Assembly (NCBI GenBank): GCA_000004985.1
Contig: GG738851.1
DNA length: 64,000 nucleotides
Origin: Naegleria gruberi
Taxonomy: Eukaryota
Strand: one strand, 5' to 3'
A program made the translations under genes and the position numbers. Of the stretch, positions 1 through 11,732 are shown piece by piece (positions within the stretch are counted from its first letter, which is position 1; the number at the start of each line of letters is the position of its first letter). The notes beneath the pieces were generated by a model that was given only the letters and a program-made list of their open reading frames with translations, was not told where the DNA came from and ran no database searches.

Positions 1-257
1 AATTTTTGATATAAATGATTGCACAACTTTCAAAGAACTGAACAATTGGTATATAAAGTGAGAAAAGACACTTTAACAACCAGTGAATTGACATTACTTT
101 TAAGTTTTTTCCCAAATGATGAAAAATTATATTCAAAATTTGTAACATTTATTACAATCTTCGTCATCAATCTGTACAATACAGACAATTCCTTGAGGAT
201 AGTAAAATGTTTTCCTATAGAGCCGCACCTATTACTGATGATATTCAAAATATAAAT

Positions 258-624
258 ATGGAATGGGGAACTAATCATGAAGATAATGCATTGGCATGGA
301 GAAAAATAATGACTTGGAATCTTTAGATTATTTGAATGAAAATTTTAACATCAATTTACCTCTACCTTTAGGAGCTTTCCTGACGCTATTCTCTATGAAG
401 AAATTGTTCCAAACAAACAATGCATTTTAAGAGGTTTAAATGAAATGAAATCCTGTGTTGAAATCAAATGTTCTTCTCCTTTTATTTTAAACAAAGATGG
501 TTCTTTTGCATATAGACATCAAATACGATATTATTATATTCCACAAATTCAACTTCAAATGCACCTAACACAGAATGATTCTTGCTTAATGGTTAATTAT
601 ACACCAACAGCAGGATGTTCTTGA
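258..624 (+). pseudogene. Remnant of a YqaJ-like (lambda-exonuclease / PD-(D/E)XK) viral-type recombination exonuclease, broken by an in-frame TAG and a frameshift
   Basis: 258-323 translates to MEWGTNHEDNALAWRKIMTWNL, which fits the YqaJ G-x3-E-x2-A-x3-Y motif, then hits TAG. A second frame, 381-624, gives PDAILYEEIVPNKQCILRGLNEMKSCVEIKCSSPF...YYYIPQIQLQMHLTQNDSCLMVNY, matching the SPDG...EIKCP and Y-x-Q-x-Q-x-Q motifs. There is no GT in the gap, so splicing cannot join the two frames. Confidence 0.45.
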
Positions 625-755
625 TGATATTTTACATGATATTTTCCAATTATTATCAATCTTGATTAATTTACTTTATCCATATGTGGTGCATCAAATA
701 TATTATCACTATCTTTATTGTTTGAATTTATTGAAGTGGAGTCATAACTAACGTT

Positions 756-2679
756 TTATTTGTCTGTCTTTTGCACAATAATTGGAGTACCTACTTGTAC
801 AACTACAAAGGCATGGATTGGTTTTGTAGAAAATTTCTTATTCTCCTTCAACAATTTAACATAATCACTAAGTTGTGTTTTTGCTTTTTCAACAACATGA
901 CTAACTATTTTCATTTCCTCCTTATCTGTTCCAAAGAGATATGTTTCATTTAATGGTAGATTAAGTAATTCATTTTCGAATAATTCAGAAAGTCCTTCAT
1001 TAATTCTTTCAACAGTTTTGGGACGTTTCCATTTTCCACTCAATACATCAAACATAGTTCTCCTATATTGCTCTATCAATATCTTTGATTTCGATTTAGT
1101 TCTCTGTTTTAAAACATATTTCAATTGTTTATCATTCCAGGTTAAACCATTAGGACTAATTCTTTTAAGTTCAAATATTATCACATCTTTATCACTTTCC
1201 AATATTATATCAGTTCTTTTATCAAAATCATTATCTACTTTTTGATTCTCACTGAAATGTTGTTCATTGATTCCACTTTCTGTTTTAACTTGGAAATAAG
1301 AGTTTCCATGTTTATAGTAAGCTTGTAAAACACAATAAATTGCATGTTGAAGTGCTCCCTCTGAAAAAGAATTATCATAATGGATATACCTTTCTCCAAT
1401 AATATTTTCCAATATCTTTTTTACAATGTCCACAGAAGGATGTTTGTAACGTAATATCATGTCATTTTGAGTTAGTGAAACAATATTTTCCAGTTCATAA
1501 AAATATTGTTTTTGTGCTATTTCATTGGGAATTAATAATGTTTTACAGAATGAATTATCTTCTTCTGAAAATGTAAGCATTCCATGGTAATACATGAAGG
1601 ATAATGTATTATCCCATACTTGTTTTACACTTAACTCAGTCGTTGGTGGTTCTATAATCTCACGAAGTTTGAAAGAACTAACAATGGAAGTATTAACTTG
1701 AACAAAATTTGTGGCTAAAAGTTGTTGAATGATAGGAGTAGAAACTGAAGTTGTTGCAAGAGTAGCAAAAACATTCTCACTAATTTTTGTGTTATTATCT
1801 ATCATATTGATGAGAGGAATATCTTTACCTTCCATAACATCTGATCTGAATTGATTATTACTCAAAAGCTTATCCATAAAATACATTGACAGAGTGGGAT
1901 TGAAGAGGGGTTGAGATGATCCTGGAAAATGATAACCTTTATAGAATCTTTTCATTATTGAGATTGCATTATTATTCTGATGATCATTTAAAATACCTAT
2001 ATTATTCAAGGCCAGTCTCAAATCACTTTCAGTGAAACCAACTAAATCACCAAACATTTCCCAATCTGCTTTTTCCTTTCAACATTGCTGTTACCAAGTT
2101 ATCAAATGACACAAGAGCATCGGATGAAATAATTTGTTGAATATTACCTTCCATATTATGAATGGTTAAAAATCTTGTGATATCCGAATTGATTTTGTTG
2201 AATAACGCTTGTTTGATATCTTCAGGAGAACCACTAACATCAATTGAAAAATGTGTATGATTCTCAGGTTTGCCAATCCACAAACCACCAAACAATTCAT
2301 CAAATTGATCTTTCTTGTTAATATCATAATATGACGTCAACATTGATAATAACAATGACTTTCCCCATCTCGGGGGACGAACAAAGAATAATTGTTTACC
2401 ACTACTTTCCAACAAAGGAATCAAATGAGTCTTATCAACATAGAATTGTTTGCTTCTTCTGATGGACGCAAAGTCTGCTTCACCATACGGAAAATAGGGA
2501 ACAGTAACATCAATTAGATTGTTATTTAAATTTAGAATTGTTGAAAATTGTCTGAGTTGATGGTTAGTGAATATAGACGGAGTAGTACAAGGTTGATGAT
2601 TGAATTTTATATTGTTGATGAGTTGGTGATCACGGATAAAATTTAGATGTGATGAAAAGGATGTTTTATGAGGAGTATG
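756..2679 (-). CDS. AAA-ATPase-like (PF09820) plus PDDEXK_9/DUF1703 PD-(D/E)XK nuclease-family protein. The frame is broken by a 1-nt shift in an A5 run and no in-frame ATG is present, so this is a possible pseudogene or a sequencing error.
   Basis: The N-terminal frame reads ...NLIDVTVPYFPYGEADFASIRRSKQFYVDKTHLIPLLESSGKQLFFVRPPRWGKSLLLSMLTSYY, with the YVDKT and FxxRPRRFGKSL signatures. Two ORFs, 2047-2424 and 756-2057, overlap. Removing one A from the run at 2070-2074 gives a continuous ...AMLKGKADWEMFGDLVGFTESD. Upstream, the frame runs to a TAA at 2680-2682 with no ATG. Confidence 0.6.
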
Positions 2680-3209
2680 TTAAAAAAAAATTTGTTTTGC
2701 GGAGCAAACAAGGCGTGTGTTGCGCATTTTTTTCAACAATGTACCAAAGGTACTGTGGGCAAACTCGTTAAATATTTGCATCGATGTGCAAATCTGTCAA
2801 GTCGACACAAACCACCTTCCGAGGCAATGGATTCCTACGAGATTTACCAGGCAGCAGTAACTGTCCTGGGTTTACATTGGGAGTGGAGAGTAAGGTAAAT
2901 GGATGCTCACTATCTGATTCTTTCTATATTATTACTTGTTCTTGAATTGTAAGAATTTTTTAGGCCAAAAGCAATTTCAATTACACAAACGACTTGTTTT
3001 AAGTACTCCATTGTTCTTTTCTTTTTTGATTATTAAAAAAATCGATTGATCCATATTTAATTAGTATTTAAAGTGTCTGAATTGAATTAGCAGCAGAACT
3101 CAAGCGTGGATGGATTGAAGGGAAGGAAAAGCTAAAAATATTTCTACTAGTTTTAATAAAAAAATTGTACAGTCTGATCCTGTGTTTGCTGTGGTAATAG
3201 GAGGAAACA

Positions 3210-6200
3210 ATGTCTAACTTTATTAGAAGGTTTTTGCTCAATTCTGGAGGTGGTGATGGAGAAAATCAAAATCAAAATACATCATCAGATAATACCACAC
3301 CATCAAATGATAGTAATACTACAACCAATAACACAACTACTCAACCTACACTTCCAACAACAACACCAACAACACAAACAAATCAAAGCCCTAGTAATGT
3401 TGACAGTAATGCTGGATTGTCTGCAGATGAAATCCGTTTGAGGAGATTAAATAGGCTTGGGGGCACAGTCACTCCAATTACAACACCTATCAAGACTTCT
3501 TCACCTCCTAAATCTAATGCTATGGATACACGAGATGATTTTGTACCACCATCAAAAACTCTCACTCCTATTAGTACTCCAAAGGCTACAACTCCAACAT
3601 CAGCAAAATCACCATCAAGTAATCTAAACAAAATGGATACATCCGATGGTACGTATTTTTCAAATTTATTTTAAATTTTACACTGATCAATTTATTACAA
3701 AATTGAAATCAGATATTATCAAGAAGAATTTGAGTTTGGAGGAAAGATTTGTTCATGATACAATTTCCAAGATTTTCAGAGTCACTTTGACTCCAAGTAA
3801 GGATAGTACTTTGTACTACTTGAAAGACTATGCATCTGAATTATCTAACTCACAATTTACTGAAAATGATGTGGAATCTATTTTGATTGAACGTATTTCT
3901 AAAGGAGGCTTCGAACATAGTGGTTCAAAAACTATTTTCTCCTTCTTGATGGAATGCTTTGAACGATCAGAAAGAGAATTAGACAATAAGAAAAAGGAAG
4001 AACAAATCAAAGTCATCAAAAATATCAAGGAAATTATTACTTCATATTGTGGTATTGTTTTGACAGATCCAGATATGTTCGATCAACCAGAGCATATTTC
4101 TAGACAAGGGTCTTTACAACTTGTTGATTATGTTTGTGGAGATATTCCAGGCACATTCCTTCAAGATTTTGTCACAAGATTTGCTGATTCTCCAAAAACT
4201 TTGGAAACAATCTTTGCTCCCGTCTTCAATGATATTTCAACTAGATTTTTGAAAATTACACTTGTTGATGACTATTCTCCATATATTTATGGATTTAAGC
4301 GACTCACTGCTTTGAGAGAACTTTCTATTGTACTTGTAAATCATCCACTCTTTTTACCAAGAAGAAAGAATGGTAATTCTGTCGAATTTGAAACTATTTT
4401 GGGACCTCTTTTCAAAATTACTGCCTATTACGATCAACCAAAAGTTGGTGAACAATACTTTAGAAATGATATTGAGAGATTGACAAATCAAGATGTTGCT
4501 AACATCAAAGATCAAATCAGATCCAAGATTAATATGTACCATACATCATTACAGCAAATTTTCATGAATCTTTTGAAACCAAAAGAAACCAGAGACAAAA
4601 CAATTGAATGGTTATCACTGAGTGTGGACTATAATTCAGCAAGAGCAAAAATGCAAGCAGATCCTCATGTTATCTCAACGGAAGGCTTTATGACAAACTT
4701 GTGTGCTATATTATTGAAGCTTTCCCAACCATTTACTAAAATTGAAGATAGCAAGATACCTGCTACTGCCAAAATTCAAGTTGACTATCCTATGATGAAT
4801 AAGGATGTAAACTTCAAATCAGATGCAAGATTTAATATGGCAGAAAAAGAATCTGAAGAGTACTACAAAACCAAACCTAACACAGATTTTAGTTTTGTAA
4901 GCTCGTGCTTCTTCCTTACATATAGAGCCCTTCACCTTGGCTATTTAGTTACACAGGAAAAGTATCAAAACGCCATAAAAAGACTGCAAGATGTTCAAAG
5001 ACATTATGGTGCAACTCCAAGTCCAGAAGTAAGAAAAGAAATTGATTTATATTACATTATCAGATGGACAGCTGAAACTCATCTTTTCGATCAAAATTTA
5101 CTTGAGGCAATGCTAGATTATTATAGATTCTGTAGCATATGGCTTATAAAGTTGGCAAATCCTACGAATACCGCCAATTATCCTTTGACTCCTCTTGTAG
5201 CAGGTAACACTCACACTACATTCCCTTCTGAGCCTTCAAAGGACTTGGCTGCCATGCCAGAATTCTTCCTAGAAGATATAGTGACATGTTTCACTTTCTT
5301 ATTGAGATACAAGCCTGAATCCTTATCTAGTACTGTTCTTACCGAGACATTCGACATGTTTGCTATGTTCCTCTATCATTCAAAATATGTGAAAAACAGA
5401 TATTTGTTGGCAAAACTACCAGAATTATATTGTGCTATGCTTCCTGCTGGATCAAATGATTTTATTCCACCAATTCTTGTTGAATATTTACCAAACCACA
5501 AATTCTCTCAACTTAGCCTTACCTCAGGTTTGCTGAAATTATATATTGATATTGAACATGAGAGCTCGTTCTATGAAAAATTCAACTACCGTTATTATAT
5601 CTCTTTGCTTTTGAAGAGCTTATGGAATAGTACTCCTTACAAGACTTCATTCATTCAAATCACAAATAAGACGGATGACACAAGCTTTATGAAATTCTTC
5701 AACTTGTTGCTTAACGATGCCATTTACTTATTGGACGAAAGTTTGAAAGATCTTCAAAAAATCAAAGAAATTCAAACTGTTATGGACACTCCAACTGAAT
5801 GGAATGCATTAACACAACAAGAAAAAACTGACAAAACCACAGCTCTTGCACAATATGAGCGTATGGTCAAATCATACATGCTTTTAGCTAATGAAACTGT
5901 TCATATGTTAAGCTACCTTTCTAAAGATATTCCAAAACCTTTCCTTCGTCCTGAGATGATTGACAGAGTTGCTTCTATGCTTAATTACTTCCTTGTAGAG
6001 TTGGCTGGACCTAAGTGCCAAAACTTGAAGGTTAAAGATCCTGAGAAATATTCATTTAGTGCAAAGTACCTATTGACTGAAATTACTGATACTTACATCC
6101 ACTTCTCTCCATTTGATGAATTTGCTACTGCAGTTGCCAAAGATGAACGATCATTCAAAGCAGACGTATTCGAAAGAGTTGTTGCTATTTTGAGAAAAAT

Positions 6201-6525
6201 AGGTAAAACTGAGGATTACGTAAAGAAATTCGATTCATTTGCTTTAAAGGCATTGGAGGAGGCAAAGAAGTTAATTGACCTAGATGTGGATTACAGTGAT
6301 GCACCAGATGAATTTTTGGATCCTCTTACCTATACCATTATGGAAGATCCAGTTCTTTTACCTGTATCTAAGATTTACATTGATAGGGCAACTATTGAAA
6401 GACATTTACTCAATGATCCAAAAGATCCTTTTAATCGTTCTCCTCTCTCTGTAGACATGTTAGTTCCAGCTCCAGAATTCAAGAAACAAATTATGGAATG
6501 GAAAGCATCCAAAAGAAAACATTAA
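3210..6525 (+). CDS. Ubiquitin conjugation factor E4 / UFD2 (U-box E4 ligase). CDS join(3210..3648,3713..6525).
   Basis: The C-terminus has a U-box: [43 protein letters not shown]. The core is about 900 aa, preceded by a T/N-rich N-terminus. The intron is GTACGT...AG at 3649-3712 (64 nt) and joins ...MDTSD to [11 protein letters not shown] in frame. Confidence 0.85.
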
Positions 6526-6645
6526 TTTATTAAATCAAATATGTAAATAAAAAAAAGCAATTCCTTTATTCCATCAAATAATTATTAAATGGTTTAAATG
6601 GTTTAAACTGATTCCTTTTGTAAAGCTATTTGAACTTTAAAAAAA

Positions 6646-7465
6646 ATGTCATTCTATGAACTTGCCATTGAATTTGCAACTGAAAAACATAAAGGCCAAT
6701 TCCGAAAGGGAGGTGTAATTCCTTATGTTGAGCATCCGAAGGTTTGTAATTTTAATTGCAATAATATATTCTGATAATGTGTTTAGAGAGTTGCAAACAC
6801 TATCAAGGAATTGTTTGAAAAATATCATGATGATCAATATATTAAAACAATAAAAGATCAACAAGCAGATATTGTTAGCAATGGAAAGATTATTTCCGTT
6901 TATGAATCAATTATTTGTGCTGGTGTTTTACATGACACATTGTAAGTAGAGTTATTTATGAATAATGAATCAGCTCATAATTTACAGAGAAGATACTGAT
7001 ACGACTTTTGAGGAAATACTAGATGATTTTGGCTATACCACAGCTTACATTGTTAAAGAATGTACAAATGATGATAAGAAGGTTGCATCTTTGGCAACTG
7101 AAAAGTTTGAACTCTTCAAAAGTAAGAGTCTTGATGAAAATTGCAATTCCTTGTTAGTAAATGTTCTTCAAAATGAAATTGACGAAGTTTCAGAACAAGT
7201 GATGAAGAAGAGATTAGGAAGAAGTTATTATTTCATTGAAAAATTGAATACCATGAGTTTGGAAGCAGCCTTTGTAAAACTTGCAGATCGTTTAGATAAC
7301 ATTTCAGATATTAATGAGATGGCATCTAAATCAAAACCAAAAGGAGGTGATTTCACAATAGAGTACAAATCTGAAACCAATTTTGTAATGAAATCCATTA
7401 ATTTGGATAGATTTACTCCACTTCATAGAGAATTAATTAGTGCTATCAGTGAAATTGTTAAATAA
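6646..7465 (+). CDS. MESH1/HDDC3-like HD-domain (p)ppGpp hydrolase (RelA/SpoT hydrolase family). CDS join(6646..6741,6787..6941,6988..7465).
   Basis: Motifs HKGQFRKGGVIPYVEHPK, VLHDTLEDTDTTFEEIL and KLADRLDNI match the Mesh1/SpoT HD domain. Two introns: GTTTGT..AG (45 nt) and GTAAGT..AG (46 nt). Confidence 0.8.
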
Positions 7466-7470
7466 ATAAA

Positions 7471-9266
7471 TTATTGTTTGTTTATTTGTTTTTTCAAACT
7501 TGAAATAATAGATTCAACCTTTTCGTACTTTGAAGAGGAAATATTATGTAAAGAGCTTACTAATTGAGCGTAGGCATTAAAGTTACCTTGAGCAAATAAG
7601 GTATCAGTCATTCTCAAGTACGTAAATCCAGAAATTGCCTTTCCATTTGAGAAAGATTGATTGATAATTTGAGAGTTAGCTTGATAATTTCCTTCAATGT
7701 CAAGTGCATTTTCACCACCATATTCAAGACCATACTTCCAAGCAGTGGCTCTAGTTTGTGCTACTAATTCTTGTGGTCCACAAGCACAGTTACTTGGCTG
7801 TTCATTGTCTATCATTTCCATGCAAGTAAATTCAAAATCAATGTCATATTGAGCAAACATTTGTGAAATAGCTCCATATCCATCATTGAAAGCATTATTG
7901 TAATAACCAGCAGTAAGTTCAGCAGCATGGCTAGAAGAGAAGAACCACCAATGGATGCCTGCAATTTTACCAGCAATTCTGATATTCTTACCAAAGATAT
8001 TTCTTGCTCTTGATAAAATGTTTGCACCATGTTGAATGAGTTGTCCAGAATACCATGACAAGAAGAATTTGCCATATGGTGAATCATAATTGTCAGCAGT
8101 ATTTTCACTAAAGAATCCAGTTTGATATGGGAATGAATTATAGTATCCAGCATCATCTGGACCAGCATAACCCCAATCAGCATGACCAACCTGTGAGGCC
8201 GATTGTGACAAGTTTCTCAACATGTATTTATCATAACTAAAAATTATTGAACTATTCAATGCAAAAAAACTTACCATTGGAATGCTCCAACACCTGGGAA
8301 TGTCCACAAATTATTTTGTAATTGATAAGATGGGTATCTCATTTCACCTGCAGGTCCAAGGCCAATCTCAATAACTTCAATGACTCCACTACTAATGAAA
8401 GGAGACATTGTTTGCATAAAAGAGCTCATGTAGTCACTATACATATCAACAGCTGTTCTATTCTTTCCTGGAGTACCTGATGGGAATATTGCTACATTAT
8501 CAACACCAAGTGAAAGATATTCTCTGTCACGATGGCCATTTTGATCTGTGTAGAAAATGTCTGGATTATTCTGACCCACTTGAAGAACCCATTTTGGAAG
8601 TGGAATATAAGCAGCATCTCCAACATTAGTACCACATTGATGGAAGGACATGACAGGTTCAACTTTTAATCCCAGTTGTTGGCACATGGTAAATAATTGA
8701 GTATAAGCTGTGAAATTATAAACTTTAGGTGCTAACCCCTCTACTATGCCCCACCAAACATCTATCATAATTCTAATAGATACATTCAAAATTTTCAATT
8801 GTTTGAATTTCCAAATTATCCAACATTCAAATGAACGAAGATTTGAAATATTTAGAAAATTGTCAAAATTTGGGAAAGGAGTTTTGACCACCACCACAAC
8901 AGTTGCAATAAACCATGCAATTGAGGACCAATGTGTGTTAGAATATTGAAATCACAAAAGAGAAAAAACCTACCCATCCGTACCAACTTGTTTAACTTGT
9001 TTCAGATTATTGTAAATCTTTGTCGGATTGTTTAGGGTGCCATCATTATTCACTGTATCCAGTGGCATCATGATATAGACTGGAACATAGGAGCCACCAG
9101 TAGTAGTACTTGTGGATTTTGCTTCTTTACTATTAGTAGACAATCTTATTTTACAATATACAGACTTGTTGAATAACAAGAAACTTATTAGAACAATAAG
9201 AACAATCAGTAAACTGCTAGTAGCAGTAGCAGATCGTGAATGTGTTGCTGAAAATTGACGATTCAT
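7471..9266 (-). CDS. Beta-amylase (glycoside hydrolase family 14) with an N-terminal signal anchor. CDS complement(join(7471..8236,8275..8772,8974..9266)).
   Basis: Motifs VPVYIMMPLDTV, VGTDG|IMIDVWWGIVEG, MSFHQCGTNVGD, GPAGEMRYPSYQ, FQ|CYDKYM, WGYAGPDDAGYYNS and HAAELTAGYYN. Introns are 201 nt (GTAGGT..AG) and 38 nt (GTAAGT..AG). The ATG at 9266 is followed by a hydrophobic stretch, LLIVLIVLISFLLF. Confidence 0.85.
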
Positions 9267-9801
9267 CCTTTGATTATTGTACAAATATTATTTAAATTAT
9301 AATAATTATATGATGATGATGATGATGTTATCGGATCTCTTTACAATGATAGTAGACTACAGTTAAATATCTCGCGCAGTAGATAATGATCTGATGAGCC
9401 AAATAGTAGTAGTATTAGTAGTAGAGAGAAATAGGTCTAGTTTTCAAATCACACACAGAATTTGATCAAGTCTTTGAATATTATTATCGACTTGTTGATG
9501 AGTTTGAGTGTGATGATGGAAGAAGAGGTGCAGGGTAAATTGTCGTCGCAGTTTTCGTGCCTTTTTTTCAAAGCCTTTAAACGTCTAAGATTTTTCATAC
9601 TCCGAAAGTTTTTTTGTAAACAAGTGTTCAGTTAAAAGTGAAAGGCTTGGTTTGTGAAATGAGTGATCATGAAGGTTCTGTTGGATGTTTAGAATCATTT
9701 CAATGTGTGATAATGTGAAATTTTCAAGTGTGTGAATTAATAATCAATAATTTTCATATTGATTGGATTTTCCAAATGTTTTAATTTCAAAAATTAAAAA
9801 A

Positions 9802-10212
9802 ATGTTCAAACAAACATCGCTTTTAAGAAATATTATCAAGTCTTCAACATCATCATGCAATCCAATGATGATGATCGGAAATTATAGAACATCATTGATA
9901 AATCGTTCTTATCACTCTTCCGTATCATTGTTTGCAGAAATGAAGAGAACAGAAAAGGATTTGGCACAAATTTTGGAAAATAACTTTGTTGATGGAGAAA
10001 ACAAGCCAATTATTAGAGTAAATGATATTTCGGGTGGATGTGGAGCAATGTTTGATATTCTTGTTGTTTCCAATAAATTTGAAGGACAATCTCTTGTCAA
10101 ACAACACAAGATGGTGATGGAAATTTTAAAGAAGGATATTCAATCAATGCACGGATTAACAATTAATACAAAGACACCAAAACAATATGAAGATATTATC
10201 AAGAAGAAGTAA
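9802..10212 (+). CDS. BolA-like protein, probably mitochondrial
   Basis: BolA signature VNDISGGCGAMFDILVVSNKFEGQSLVKQHKMVMEIL...HGLTI. The first ATG is at 9802. The ORF-track start at 9763 is a TTG. Confidence 0.75.
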   Translation: MFKQTSLLRNIIKSSTSSCNPMMMIGNYRTSLINRSYHSSVSLFAEMKRTEKDLAQILENNFVDGENKPIIRVNDISGGCGAMFDILVVSNKFEGQSLVKQHKMVMEILKKDIQSMHGLTINTKTPKQYEDIIKKK

Positions 10213-10541
10213 ATTTGTAAATTTTGTAAATTCTCAATACTACTTTCATTTTGGAATAATAATTATTCAATTTCAATCTTGGTTCATTAGTTAAATGGGA
10301 AATTAATAATTTAATATATTAATTATTTAAAAAATCATCGGAATAATTCCAAATATTTAATTCTATTCATTCTCTATTATTCACTACAATAAAAATTGAA
10401 ACACAGTGGAAACACAATAGTGGTGGCTATTTTCAATCAACTTGTTCACAACAATTCGTTTTTCGCCTTTTTTGAATGGCATGATTTTTGGCCGCCTCTT
10501 CAAGAAGATGGCGAAATATCAAACAACAACAACAGAAGAAA

Positions 10542-11715
10542 ATGCAAACAAGTCTTGTTAATAAATCACTGAGAGTTGCAAGAGCAGCAACAGGAAGAGC
10601 ATCATGTTGCTCCTTATTGAATAATAACAGTAGTGGAATTGTAATGATGATGATGATGAATCGATTGGTGCAACAAGGAAATCATAGAGACTTTTCAAAA
10701 CTCTCACAAATTGTTCATTCTTCATTGTCATCTTCGGAACCAGAAATGAAAATTACACAAGAACAATTGAAAGCTGCTTTGGAGAGAAAAAAGTTGGAAC
10801 AAGAACAAAGAATTGCACATAATAAGAAACAAGAAAAGGAAAGAAGAAAGGAAAGGAATAGAGAATTCTTCAAATGGGTTGGATTGTTTAGTGCCTTGTT
10901 CTTTGGTATTATGGTTTATCACTTGGCTTGGTTGGTAAGTTTTTTAACAGAGTGAGGGTTGACTGATTTTATTGAAATAGTGGGCTCCAGAAATTGAAGG
11001 TGCATTGAAAGATTCATTGATTTACTATTTCAGAGATAGTAAGACTCTTACACAACTCTTTTTGAGTGTTTTTGATGAAAGTAAAAAGTTAACACATAGA
11101 ACTCATTTGGAAAATGTGATGGCTACTTTGAGAACGAGTATTAGAGTTGCTAATTCAGGCACTTTTATTCAAGAGTTTGGAACGTTGCAAACTTGTAAAT
11201 GTTTATTGGAATTGGTTAGTACCAATCAATTGACTGAAACTATTGGACAAATTTATCAACAAAAAGTCAATGAGGAAGAAAATGATCTCTCTAAATTGGC
11301 TTTCGTTACTTTGAATTCATTCCTTAAACATTTGACACATCATCCAGAGATTATTAATAATATTAGCTATTTAGTTTTAAATGGAAAAGAGGAGAATTTG
11401 GAAATGTTTATTGTAGATTCTACAGCAAAGAAAGTGGCAAATATTAATTTTGATATTCTTGAAGTTTTACTTTCAAATTGTCAAACATCACTCAAATCCA
11501 AATCAAACACTGATAATATTGAACTCATAGAAAAGAACGAGCCTTACATGGAATTCATACAATTGTTATTTTCAAACTCTAATTTCATTAATGTTTTAGA
11601 AAAATCTCCATATTCTAGTGTGGTTAACACAAAGTTACAATCATGGTCTATTTCAAATGAAAGAGAAAAGAAATTCCTTGCCAATAAGATATCATCCTTC
11701 ATCAACTCAAAATAA
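10542..11715 (+). CDS. Hypothetical protein with an N-terminal presequence-like region, a coiled coil and one transmembrane helix. Likely join(10542..10934,10981..11715).
   Basis: The first in-frame ATG is 10542 (MQTSLVNKSLRVARAATGRAS). A TM helix GLFSALFFGIMVYHLAWL lies just before a GTAAGT donor at 10935. An acceptor AG at 10979-80 joins in frame to WAPEIEGALKDSLIYYFRDSK..., which is the ORF at 11005-11715. Confidence 0.5.
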
Positions 11716-11732
11716 ATTTATCAAACATTCGG

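Noticed and set aside
9380-9440. CTGATGAG motif resembling a hammerhead-ribozyme core
   Set aside because: The flanking sequence does not fold into stems I, II and III. The putative stem II region is a direct repeat, not an inverted one, and there is no properly placed GAAA.
9763-9801. ORF-track N-terminal extensions with non-ATG starts (9763 TTG, 10488 TTG, 16479 TTG, 28876 GTG, 57595 TTG, 59309 TTG)
   Set aside because: The six-frame track accepts TTG and GTG as Met. I re-anchored these CDSs at the first in-frame ATG, which in each case follows an A-rich stretch typical of this genome.
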